Of a DNA stretch of 64,000 bases, positions 12,731 to 25,160 are shown one piece after another. Made by a program: the position numbers and the translations under genes. This DNA is from Octopus bimaculoides (Eukaryota), in NCBI RefSeq assembly GCF_001194135.2, contig NC_068984.1, positions 28,561,821 to 28,625,820 of the forward strand, in the 5' to 3' direction. Each line of letters starts with the position of its first letter. The first letter of the stretch is position 1. The notes under the pieces are model-generated. The model made no database searches. It had not been told where the DNA came from and saw only the letters and a program-made list of their open reading frames with translations.

Positions 12731-15700
12731 ATATGGGAGAAATGGGCATTCAATAAACTAAGGCTTTTGAAATGAAAAATTTATGCTGAGTTAGGCACAA
12801 GAAGATGGGAACCAATTGTGGGATGGTAAACAGCAATTGTAAAATTAAGATTAAGTAAAAACCAAATTCAGGATACAGTAGATGCAACAAAGCAATGATA
12901 AGAAACATAGTATATTCCCATAGCTAGTAAGGATCCATCTAAACAATCATTTGACCTGCTAGAATTAACAGCTGAATAATTTCAAATCACAGCCCTAATC
13001 TCCTGGAAGAATACACTAAATAACCTTTGAAAACAGGTTGGCTCAGTCTGGGCCAGTTTAGGTTTAACAACAATCTCAATAAAGAGGTTGATTGGGCAGA
13101 CTCCCTTGTTTTTGATAGAATCTAAAATACCAGTAATAGAAGTCAGCATGTTATGATAAATTTTACGAATATATTGATCTTGTACAAAATCCTCTGATCA
13201 AGGCTGAAATATTTCTTGGTTTTGAAGTGATAAAAGATATTTTGTGACAGCCATGGATATAACCTATCCCTCTAGCCCAAACACCTCAAAAGTAAAATAA
13301 AATATGAATTATCAAGATAATCAAAGTTTTCCAGGCTATTAACCTAATCTTTTATGCTTTCATCTAGACAAAATTGTGATCTATTAGATCTCTGAGTCAT
13401 TTTTGTTCAGACTTATATAATCAAATACCTAAATAATTTAATCAACAATTTTATGTCAAGGATCATGCACATTTCCAACACGTAAAGTATATCTTGTACA
13501 ATTCTGGTTCAGGAACATATTCACATGCTGCAACAAATGTGTTAAATTGTCAGGACAGATTATGATATGCATAGCATGTTGAACTATGTTAAACATGAAA
13601 CTCAGTCAAGTGTTATTCACAGCTGAGTTTTGTTCACATATCGGGTATTGTACTGTTGCTACACAGCAGACACAAACATATTAGTGCTAAAAAACAATGT
13701 CAATATGTTGATTGGCAAAGACTCTCTTACAACAAACTGTAATGACAGCACTAAACTAAGCTACAACTTCAGATATTTTTACCCTGAACAAAAAAAAAAC
13801 AAAAAAAAAAAGAAGAAAGTTGCATACCATATCTAATCTAGTCCATTCATGATTTCTTCTCCCAAGAATTGCTGCTGTCTGAAGTTCCTTCTCCAGCCTG
13901 TTTTCCAACTAGTACTGGTCTTTGGAATATAGACTGCACTGATCTCAATCTCAGAGGAACTACTAACTTATGGTAATGTTCTTTATCCAACTTATGATGA
14001 AGTAACGGGAAATATACTCATAGAATTTAGTAGTTCTTGTGGCAGAAGTAAAAGCTGATCCAAGTCAATGATCAAAAGCTACAATTACTTAGAACCCATT
14101 ACAAAGAAGTTCTAATTGACTCACCATATTGCAAAGCAAAGAAACACATAGTTGTGACAAAGAGACTTAAAACCAGAGGTAAATATATGGCAATGTGTTA
14201 TTAGTATATATTATACCATTAGCAATTTCAATTTCATTGAACAGCTATCAAGACTCAAGTTCACCACCGACTAGCATTATACTTAGCAATGTAAGAAGAT
14301 TAACATAAAGTATGTAGAATAAGGTACTGATAACATAATGTAGATTTAAATAAAGATTTACATAAATTACATAGATTTAAATAAAGATTTAGATAAAGTG
14401 CTTACATCATCATTGTAAAGAAAATAGTTTGAGTATCAAGTTAGTAGAACCAAACCAGAACTGAATAAAGAACACTTCTGAAAATTCCCATTTATTTAGT
14501 GTCTATTGACATGTTCACTATGGCCATTGTTAATGAGTAACATTGAATCTATCACTACTGATAGCCAACTAACATTATGCAGTGCTATCAATGACATTAT
14601 ATATTGTCACTGGCAAACTATTGCTACTGAAACTGAACATATTGTCATTAACAATCTATTGCAAATGGCAGTTCATTGCTAGAGTCTTTGAGTCTATTAT
14701 CCTTAAATATCGATCTCAGTGGGAAGTCTATTGCTATTGGCACTGAGCCTAGTGATAGAGATAGTTCTTTGTCATCAAACAAGGAATCTTTAAGGTGGGA
14801 ATATCAATATCTGGCATCTCCTAATGTTCTAAATATTGATTTTTAGCAGCGTCCTTTAGATACCTGGTAATAACAACTTTAAGAAGAAAATTCTGAAGAT
14901 CTTATTAAAATTTTAACATCAGAGCAAGGTTATAACAAATGCAAGACATGGAAATGAACGTAGAAAAGATTAACACATAATGAATGCTTGTTTAAAATAA
15001 AATCAAAATTAGTTTAAAAGCAAAAATGATTAAAACATATTTATAAAAATAATTATCTGAATTAATAGTAATTTATTATTGGGAAAACTATATCACAGAA
15101 ATAATGATTATAATTTTTAATAAATGTTAGATCTTTCAGAATATGATGTAATAGACTATATGCACATCTGACAAAAAGTTTGCACTTTAAGCCACCATAA
15201 TTATATAACCTAGTGAGGCAGCTGACTCAATCTCAATATGTGTCTATCTCTGGGAAAGCCATGAATGCAATACTTACTATTTACACTTCATCACAGACCA
15301 GATGGCAGAATCAGTAGAGCAGTAGATAAAACACTTTGCAGTATTTAGTTATATTCCTTTACAAGGTGAACTCAAATCTTACTGAAGTTACTTTGCTTTC
15401 ATCCGTTTAGATGGAATAAATACAAATACCAAAGTCAATATAATTACCTACTCTCATTTAAGATTTTAGAAACCAATTATAAACTTGTATCTCTATATGT
15501 ATGATTTCAGCAGTACATGTAGATTTTGAATACATTTATAAAAGGTATTTAGTATCAAGTGTTACTGTAATAGAAAACCAAGTATTGTGGTCGATATTAA
15601 AAATATATTAGACATGCACAAATGTTGTGGATCAAATGAGATATTACAAATAATCCCTTTTCGTTTTAAGTTATCTTAGAAAATGATTATGTTTTACTTT

Positions 15701-16935
15701 TGATCAAGTCCAGGACAATAGGGTTGCAAATTGTTTGCTTAGCTTATTAGTTATCTCTGATATATTCATAGTTGTCTACTTTTATTTAGACAAATTGATA
15801 TTAAAATATTATCAATAAATTGTTTCATAATACTGAAGAGATTTCTATGCTCTGGATCATTATCTGTATTGTATTATTATTAGAAACTATTACTGCTAAC
15901 ATAGCCATCATTCTTATTATTTCAGTGAGCTATGAAGTATGCTGATAAACCAATTTCCATTTGTAACCACTTCACATATCATTAATACTCATGGGAAATA
16001 TATGAAAGTCTGAAATTTCCTTTTCCTTTTACCCATTTTAACTATCTCATTTTCTTTCCACTTATAAAGTGAATATTTCATGACCACATGAATAATAATT
16101 GTTATTTTTAGTAACTTCACTATAATAATTATTATAATTAAGTGTAGATTAGGGGTACAAGGCAAAAGTCTTTACAATCTCTTATTATGACCATATTTAA
16201 TGTATTTAACATTTAAAAAAAAGATAAAATCAAGAAATATTTTCTCATTTTCCAGGCAGATTTAACTAGTAACACATTTCTCATTCCTTACTTCCTTAGT
16301 AAAGAAAAGGTTTTTCCATCCTAACCCACGTAAACGACTGAATCTTTAAGTAAGAATGCAACACATTAATAAAGTCATTAATAAATATTGTTCATTTCTC
16401 ACAATGTGAGTATTCCTAGTTAATATAGTGCCTCATACTTTCATCTATTAACACTAAGTTAGTGTTTTTCTAGTTGAAGACATCTCATAATTATTAATCT
16501 TTTCTAGTTTGGCACCACATTATTAAGATACCATTGGTTAAGATGAATACTACCACATTATCACTACCATCATCATCACCAATAACAAACTAGAAGTCAT
16601 TAATTTGAAATGTTAAAAGCAACAACCAAATCATATTTAAATCACATCCTACCTTCTAAAACGAGAGGAAGGAGACATTGAAATACCTGATATGTAAATA
16701 ATAAGAGAGCCAACAAATCAACAACTGCATGGTCTGAAATTCACAAAATAATCCAGACCTCTTTCTTTTATATTGCTCTATTACTGTTTACTTTTCTGAC
16801 TTCTGCTTTGTCCTATTGTGCTATGCTAGTACTTCTGGCTATCTTCGTGGTTTTTCTTCACTTGACTTACTGAAACATTCTGTCCCATTTTTTCACCCAT
16901 TATTGGCAGGCTGTTGTGCACCTAAATACTGTCCA

Positions 16936-17310
16936 TTATTATTACCTCTGCCTCAGTGAAGATGGTGGTTTTGTTTTCAGTTGTGTGTGTTTGTTTGTCC
17001 AAGGACAAGATATCTCAAGACCCGCTAGATGGATTTGGATAAAACTGTTAGGGATGTATGGCTTCGTGACTGGCACAAACCAATTAGATTTAGAGATTGA
17101 TCCAGTATCGGGCAAGGATTCTAGATTATTTTTCTAGGTTTTTTTAACTTAATTTTTTAGAGCGGTCAAGTTCATTTTTAGTATTCTCGTTTGTGAGAGC
17201 AGTTGAGTTTATTTCAGATATTCTCATTTTAAAAATCATCTCCAGCTAATTGCCAAAAGAACATTGGTGTTGCCTTGGTGGAGTCTTATGCTCTCTGAGT
17301 GCTCTTGTTA
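16936..17310 (+). mobile_element. Helentron-associated (HINE/DINE-1-like) non-autonomous element
   Basis: Starts attattacctctgcctcag followed by a (gttt/gtgt)-like tract; ends ccttggtggagtcttatgctctctgagtgctcttgtt, giving imperfect subterminal inverted repeats. Classification is from recalled architecture. Confidence 0.55.
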
Positions 17311-17796
17311 TATTATTATTATTGAAACTTTTAAAGCACTTTTTTAATATTTATTTTCATCCTGTAGAGTAAGACAAGGCTGTAAACAGCAATAATTTAT
17401 AACAATAATATTATTTAAAGCATTAGAATGCAAATTTTCTTTATACTGAACAAAGAATATAAACAAAAAATTAATTTCAATTAATATTACAATATAATTA
17501 AACATACAATAATTCTGTTGCAGTTTTTATTCTGTTTTACTGTTAATTCAATTTACAGTTAGCAACATTATTTCCTCTTAAATTATTTATAACTGAGAAA
17601 TAACAAGATCATTATGTTAGCTATTTGTTACTTTTTCTACTCTTAGATGCAACATTCATAATACAGCCTAATACTAATGCAATTCAACAGAAATTAAATT
17701 CCTAATTTATACATTATGCCTATTGATACTGTATCACATTCTTTCCACCAAAGTGTATTTATTTAATGAGTGACATAAAATAAAGCATGAAATACC

Positions 17797-17838
17797 TATT
17801 TAAGTTCCATAGGCGGGAGGCCTATGGAACTATAAATA
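17797..17838. other. Short hairpin: 12-bp perfect stem, 5-nt loop
   Basis: agttccataggc-gggag-gcctatggaact (17803-17814 / 17820-17831), extendable by 6 A-T pairs with one bulge. Confidence 0.7.
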
Positions 17839-20800
17839 TATGACATTGCACATCATATTATTCTAACAGATTACTAAGGGACAATACCATAGGCAATATT
17901 CTCAAAGAAGATATAGACTAATTTTACCTTTAAGAGAAACATTGTAACTTCGTAGCATACTTTGTCGTAATAAGTTTGTCAGTTCAAATTTAAGTGTTTG
18001 TTTTTGTTTTTAAATCTATAGAACACACTCATTCCATGAAATTCTGAGTTAAAAAAAGTATTCTGAAATATTCAGTTTGGTCATTTTGAACCTTTCAAAT
18101 AACTTATTTATCAAACTATAGTTCAGTTATCTAACACACCTTATATAGTTCAATGTACTACTATTTCTGCTTTTCTATTGTCCAGCCAAACCAGAATAGG
18201 AATAATAAAGATTTGTAAATCAAGCATAAAATTTGACAATAGAGTAGCAGGAATTGGATCATTGTAATGTTCATAATTTTCACAAAGTATATTAAAGCAA
18301 TAAGTAATGCTGTTTTAGTAGAAACTTAAACCTAAAAAATAGATTTCCTTTAACATGAACATATTTCTGTATCCTATTTCTACCACAATGGATCAAGTCT
18401 CATTTGGATTTATTGATGATAACAAAATTAATATACGTTATATAATTGTATATGTAGTTTATCATTTGTATTTGCACTTAGTATATTACCTGTGTGGAGA
18501 TTATATGTATGTTACTTATAGATACAATGAGAGCGATAGGCAACTATTCATTTAACTTCCCTTCTGTCCTTCTCTAATTCCATCTTAAACATTCATAAAA
18601 CATTTCACTATTTTTCTTTATAGACATACTATTTTGCTACTTATTTACAATTATCAAATATGCATTTTATTATGAATGCCAGATAATTGCACAAATGTTT
18701 TTGTTTTTGCTGTTATTGTCATTGTTGATTTCTTTTTCATTGTTTTCTTCAAAGTAATTAATAATATATAATTTTTTTTTATTATGTTCTAAAATATTGT
18801 ATAATTATTTCTATTCATTTATTTTTACCAAATCATTCTAAGACAAACACTCTCTCTTTCAACAAGAAAATTTTTAATAAAAGGCATTCAATTCCAAATT
18901 AGGTATTTCTGAGCACTTGAATCAAATGCATGTTAAGAAAAGAAAGAAAAATAAATTGAAAGTTAGCAATAATACTGTATGTAAAAGAAAAGAATTATGG
19001 CATGATAAAGATAATTACTTTTATTATCTATTGATTATTCTTAGATAATTAATCCACATAATTTTCATGATAGCTTTTACATTGGAGCTCTACTACAATG
19101 CTCTATTATTTTCTTATTTCTACTAAATGAAAGAAATATAACCATTAAACTGGAAGATCTTCTAAAACGGTCTAACCTCTGCAAGAAAAGAATGAAAACA
19201 TATCAATAGAAATCCAACTCAGGCTTTAAAATCTCTTGTCTCAAAACTAAAAACTAAAACTAAAGCTGAATGAAATATGACCACTGGCATCAACAAAATC
19301 CAGATGTTCCATACTGCTCTGTGTTTAATAGTTCTATAGAAATGTCTTGTTCCAACTATCATGTATTACATTTGTATATTATCCATCTCTGATGAATTTA
19401 TTTTTCACACCATAGAAAAGAAGAAATAAAATATCCCAAGAGGAAATAACACAACACCCAGTGAATGGGAGTTCTCTAGGATAAGGCAGGTAAATGAGTC
19501 AATGAGACTGCTAATGCTTTATTGAAAAACTGGTAATAGTGTATGAGTTACATTAGAGGATAATGATAGTGCTTTCTGGAATTACGTATTGAATGTTACA
19601 TGCTGATTTCAGAGTGTAAAATACATGAAGGGTACAAATTTGAGATGGCAATGCAGCTAATTTCAAATAAGCACTGACAGAGGATGGAAAATAAAGAAAT
19701 AGATTTTCAAGAGTTCATCAATGAGGGAAATGTTTTCTTTTGTACACAGTGACTGTTTTAGACATCAGAGTTAATGTATTGTGAAATGTATAGATTAAAC
19801 TCTAATCAAGAACACTTCTAATCAGTTTACCAAAGAGAACCAAATTTCTTAGATGAACTTTTAACTTCTATCAAGAATGTTGTATCACACATTTGACGTA
19901 CAATATAACGGGATAATAATAATGTCCTTGCAAATCGTTCTACTCAAGATACTGGTAATAACCCTCAACAATACGCAACTCTTGGCTTCACTCTGATCCG
20001 AAGGTTCTCTGCGTATGCCCATTTATATTGTGGCACAGTCCATTAGGAGCCAACCAATAGGGGTGTTCTAATTCCACACAACAAAGAATAAGGTCACAAA
20101 ATTGGAAGGAGGTAAGGAGGGTATAGTTGAATAAATCAGCACTGGTACTGACTGCTATTTTATTTTAGCAGCCAAGAAAAATTGAGAAAAAAGTCACATT
20201 TAACATGATTTCAACTCAGAATGTGAAGGGATGTAAATGAATAAGTACAAGGTGTTTAGTCAGGCATTTTAACCATCCTGTCAATCAGCAGCCTATTTCC
20301 CAGTTAAAATTTTGATGACGTTAAAATAGGTTCCTAAAAAAGTCATAAATGATTCTTTACATGGGAAACTTTAAACTGAAATTATTCTATTTTACAATGT
20401 TAAGTTAACTTGGATAATTTCAGTTTGTAGTTGCCTAGAGTGCAGCAAGTGGATCCAATATTGGTTCCTTGAAAGTCTTTGTTCTACTTCAACTTTGTTT
20501 AAAATTCATTAGGGGCTCACGACTGTAACCAGAAATTCAAACTGAGTAAACTAGGAAACAACGTCATACTGAGTATAGTAACTCTGTGCTTTCATGCTTA
20601 AAAGATTTGTCCAAAATACTGTGTTATGTTAAAGTATCAGCTACATAGACTAAAATTAGGGAAACCAACATATTAGTTGGAGATTACAGAAATTAATGCA
20701 AATATTTGGAGATTATGGGAACTAATAGAATATCAAATGCTTCTTTTTATTTGGCACTGTTTCTTTTCTTTTATTTCTGAATCAAATTAAAAGTTTTAGT

Positions 20801-21479
20801 AGTTTGCATTACCCTTAATGTTATTAAAGGGTTGAAGAGAATGAAAAACTATGATTATATGTATTATGAATATTTCATGGAAAACGAAACAATATGTTGG
20901 TGCACTATGAGATGAAGCAGAGGGCAAGAAATTGGTTCCAATCTTTTATCAGAGTTATACAAGTATAAAAGTAATGGAAGACATTATTCATGGTAGTAGG
21001 TGTTAGCATATATTTATAGGAGGGCGAATAAAGCTACACTGACTGAATAGATAAACAAGAAGGAAAACATGGTCATATGGTACAGAAATATTGAAAAATT
21101 TACCAATAATTTGGTCAATAAATGTTATTGTTAAGAGTTTGTGTACCTATAAGAAACAGAATGAAGATGTTCTGATGGGATGACAAACAAAAACTAAAAT
21201 AAATATGCAAATATAAAGATAAATTATTTTAAAGTACTGAGCAACTTTTGGCTGAACCCAAAATAGAAATATATTTTTAAAATGTAGATTTGGTTTGTTT
21301 GTAATTATTTAACAAATTTGTTGGGTCAGTTACAGCTATATATAAAATGATAGCAGTATAATAATTATAAAATGAAAATACTTATATAAATACATATATG
21401 AATACACACACACACACACACACATATATTTCTCTAACGCCACCAAGTCACGAGTCATTGATCATCCACCCTTCAAACC

Positions 21480-21940
21480 ATACTGAATTTTTACAGATGC
21501 AGTTTGTGTTTCCATCCTCTTATCTCCCGCTTCACATACACTCTTGCAAATCAAACAAACTTCTACACACCTGGTGCCATGAGGCACTACATTCCCACTA
21601 TCTCTTTGCAGCTCATATTCATCATTCTCTCCCTCTCCCACTAACTATAGTACCCATGCAGCTACTCTACAAGAACCTGCTCTCCCCCCACTCTTCTCTC
21701 ATGGTTTAACCTCTCATAAAGCTGCCTCCCTAGTCAGGGCTTATTATCTTGCAAGCTGCCTGGTAATCTGAATAGAGCTGGTGGAACAGAAAAAGCACCA
21801 AGTACATGCTGTAAAGTGGTTTGCATTAGGAGGGCATCAAGCCATAGAAACCATACTAAAGTAGACACAGGACCCATCAAATCCTGTCGAATTAACCAAC
21901 CCATTCCAGTATGGAACATAGACACAAAATGAAACTGAAA
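21480..21940. mobile_element. Decayed RTE fragments (ORF end on minus ~21480-21730; 3'UTR tail on plus ~21735-21940)
   Basis: By-eye similarity to the RTE ORF end and to the ttaggaagggcatcc..ccaacccatgc..gcatggaa tail. Confidence 0.5.
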
Positions 21941-22129
21941 CTGTGTGTGTATAAGGTTAGTAGAGTTAGAGGCTGGAATAACCTTCTGAGGGATAAGAGC
22001 ATCCGTTACACTACCGGTATAATTACCTATGTTAACCCTGGGCATACATATGCAAGCATATTATGCTCAGAGATTACAGGTAATGGCAAAGATAAACAGG
22101 AGTCTATCAGGAATCAAATTTAAAGTAAA

Positions 22130-23069
22130 CAGAAAATGGAGAAATATCGATCTGGCACTTGTGCCCGTGGCATGTGTAATGGACTTTCGAGTGAGATCGT
22201 TGCCAGGGCCCCTGGACTGGCTCTTGTGCGGGTAGCACATAAAATACACCATTTGAGCATGGCTGTTGCCAGTACTGCCTGACTGGCCTTCGTGCAGGTG
22301 GCACGTAAAAGCACCCACTACACTCTCTGAGTGGTTGGCGTTAGGAAGGGCATCCAGCTGTAGAAACTCTGCCAAATCAGATTGGAGCCTGGTGTAGCCA
22401 TCCGGTTTCACCAGTCCTCAGTCAAATCGTCCAACCCATGCTAGCATGGAAAGCAGACGTTAAACGATGATGATGATGATGATGATTGATCAACAACAAT
22501 TGACTTACATCAATTATTATTTTTCAATTCAGTACAAATAGACTGTATCCTAATTAACAGTTGTTTCAACTTCCAATGTTATATAGTATTGCCATTGATA
22601 TTCTAATAATAATATTCATCATATTTGGTAATAAATCTGATCTGGGACATGGAGCTTCATCAGAGTGAAGAAAAATGCATACATAAAAGATAAGAAAGAA
22701 GAAAAGAGCCTCGAGGGGAAAAGGAACGGCTTAATATGTTTAAATCATACCATTTACTCAACATCCCAAAGTGACACAGAAGCAAAATGATATGATTTAA
22801 ACATATTAAGCCTTTCCTTTTCCTCTTGAGACTTCTTCTCTTCTTTCCTTTCTTTTATGTATGTATTTTTCTTCACTGTGATGAAGCTCTGTGTTCCAGA
22901 TCGGCTTTATTACTAAATATGAAATTATTTTTAGAATATCAATGGCAAAACCATACAACATTGGAAGCAGAAACAGCTGTTAGATGGGATACAGTCTATT
23001 TGTATTGAATTAAAAAATAATGATTAATGTAAGTCAATTGTTGTTGATCAACATTTCTCCATTTTCTGT
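22130..23069. repeat. Long foldback (inverted repeat) with ~280-bp arms, left arm interrupted by an RTE 3'UTR
   Basis: 22486-22749 matches the reverse complement of 22791-23051 (roughly 85-90% by eye) around a 41-nt spacer. The outer tip acagaaaatggagaaat (22130-22146) matches atttctccattttctgt (23053-23069) across the RTE insertion. Confidence 0.9.
22153..22486 (+). mobile_element. 5'-truncated RTE 3'UTR with (GAT)n tail inserted in the foldback arm
   Basis: Only a few substitutions versus the 11405-11580 copy. Flanks tcgatc / ttgatc resemble a short target-site duplication of the arm sequence. Confidence 0.9.
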
Positions 23070-23086
23070 GTGTATATATATATATA

Positions 23087-23144
<58 letters not shown>

Positions 23145-23165
23145 TTTTATGTATATATATATATA

Positions 23166-23398
23166 ATCTTTTATCTTATATCTTTTACTTGTTTCAGTCA
23201 TTAGACTGCTGCCATACTGAGGTACCACCTTGAAGAACTTTTAGCTGTATGAATCAATTCCAGCCCTTTTTCTCTTTTGTTAAGCCTGGTACTTATTCTA
23301 TCAGTTTCCATTGTCAAAAGCTAAGTTATGGGGATGCAAACACACCAACACAGGTTCTCAAGCAGTGATGGAGGACAAACAGACAGACAGACACACAC

Positions 23399-23431
<33 letters not shown>

Positions 23432-23580
23432 GGGCTTCTTTCAGTTTCCATCTACCAAATCTACTCACAAGGCTTATGTTGGCCCGAAGCTATAGTAGAA
23501 GACACTTGCCCAAGGTGCCACGCAGTGGGACTGAACATGGAACATGTGGTTGGGAAGCAAGCTTCTTACCATACAGTTAT
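23166..23580 (-). mobile_element. tRNA-derived SINE with CORE-like segment and internal (CA)n
   Basis: Minus strand reads ...ccatgttcagtcccactgcgtggcaccttgggcaagtgtcttctactatagc... Same family at 24579-24722 (-), 37006-37378 (+), 48395-48740 (+). Confidence 0.85.
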
Positions 23581-24115
23581 GTGTGTTTGTGTGCGTGCTC
23601 ATGTGTGTATGCATGTACACATCATACACACGGTACTGTGCATACTGTTAGATGTATGACTGGTACTGTTGTATATAGAATTCCATGTAAAGCATCATTA
23701 TCCAATCTGGTTCCAGTGTAGTGGTGTGGTTACTACTGTACTTAGTAATTTCATTGGTTATGATATACAGAGCAAATGTAGAAGAAACAACGAGAAACAG
23801 AGATCAAATGCTTAAAAGTATTTGATCTCTCTAACATAATGCAATAAAGTCTTCCTCTGTTGATCTGTTTTGGTTCAGCATCCAATTACACATGGAACAA
23901 CCAATGCAAAGGTTGAAAACAATCACAATAGGGAAACATACAAAAGGAACAAAGGATATAAACTTGTGCTTAACAGAATTTCTCATATATATATATGTAT
24001 GTATGTAATTGGGTAAAAAGTTGAGGAGTGCGTGCATTACATAAATAATATTTACATGTTCGTTTGTATATGTTAGTATTTAGTATATGTTCATTTACCA
24101 CACGTTTTTTTGAAT

Positions 24116-24169
<54 letters not shown>

Positions 24170-24578
24170 NNNNNNNNNNNNNNNNNNNNNNNNNNNNNNN
24201 NNNNNNNNNNNNNNNNNNNNNNNNNNNNNNNNNNNNNNNNNNNNNNNNNNNNNNNNNNNNNNNNNNNNNNNNNNNNNNNNNNNNNNNNNNNNNNNNNNNN
24301 NNNNNNNNNNNNNNNNNNNNNNNNNNNNNNNNNNNNNNNNNNNNNNNNNNNNNNNNNNNNNNNNNNNNNNNNNNNNNNNNNNNNNNNNNNNNNNNNNNNN
24401 NNNNNNNNNNNNNNNNNNNNNNNNNNNNNNNNNNNNNNNNNNNNNNNNNNNNNNNNNNNNNNNNNNNNNNNNNNNNNNNNNNNNNNNNNNNNNNNNNNNN
24501 NNNNNNNNNNNNNNNNNNNNNNNNNNNNNNNNNNNNNNNNNNNNNNNNNNNNNNNNNNNNNNNNNNNNNNNNNNNNNN
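24170..24578. other. Assembly gap (N run)
   Basis: N characters; flanked by (TA)n and a SINE. Confidence 1.
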
Positions 24579-24722
24579 CTTTCAGTTTCCATCTAGCAAC
24601 TCCACTCACAAGGCTTTGGTCAGCCTGAGGCTATAGTAGAAGACACTTACCCATCGTGCCACGCAGTGGGACTGAACCCGGAAGCATGTGGTTGATAAGC
24701 AAACTACTTACCACACAGCCAC
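24579..24722 (-). mobile_element. 5' part of tRNA-SINE (same family as 23166-23580), cut by the gap
   Basis: ctttcagtttccatctagcaac...gctatagtagaagacacttacccatcgtgccacgcagtgggactgaaccc. Confidence 0.85.
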
Positions 24723-24773
24723 TAATTTTCCATGTTTTGTCTTTTTATTTAATCATGAAAATATATTTGTATA

Positions 24774-24809
<36 letters not shown>

Positions 24810-24879
24810 AATATATCATATTCTACATAAACACACTACATGTATGACATGAAAATTATAGAAAGCATTAGAGCTAAAT

Positions 24880-25160
24880 TAATTCTTAAGATAATTAAGG
24901 TGTATAAGATGCAGTTTGGTTTTGGATCAAGAAGTACTACTGATGCTTTCTTGCTCATATGGCAACACAGAACGCAAGCGGAGAATTTAGCTGGAAGTAA
25001 GCTACGATACATACCATTTATCAACTTGGAGAAAAACTTTGAAACAGTCCTCGAATGCAATGATACATGATAGAGAGATGTGGACCCTGAAGGAGGAGGA
25101 CTTGTGAAGATTATAAAGAAATGAAATTACCATGCTCCGGTGGATGTATATTGTGTATAC
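24880..25160 (+). mobile_element. Decayed RTE RT fragment with an internal deletion
   Basis: MQFGFGSRSTTDAF...FINLEKNFET (RT QFGF..STTDAIF..D.EKAFD) jumps directly to AMIHDREMWTLKEEDL*RL*RNEITMLRWM (post-RT segment). Confidence 0.65.

Noticed and set aside
24064-24636. Long ORFs in the track at 24064-24636 and 48830-49660
   Set aside because: They are mostly X from N gaps plus (TA)n translation.
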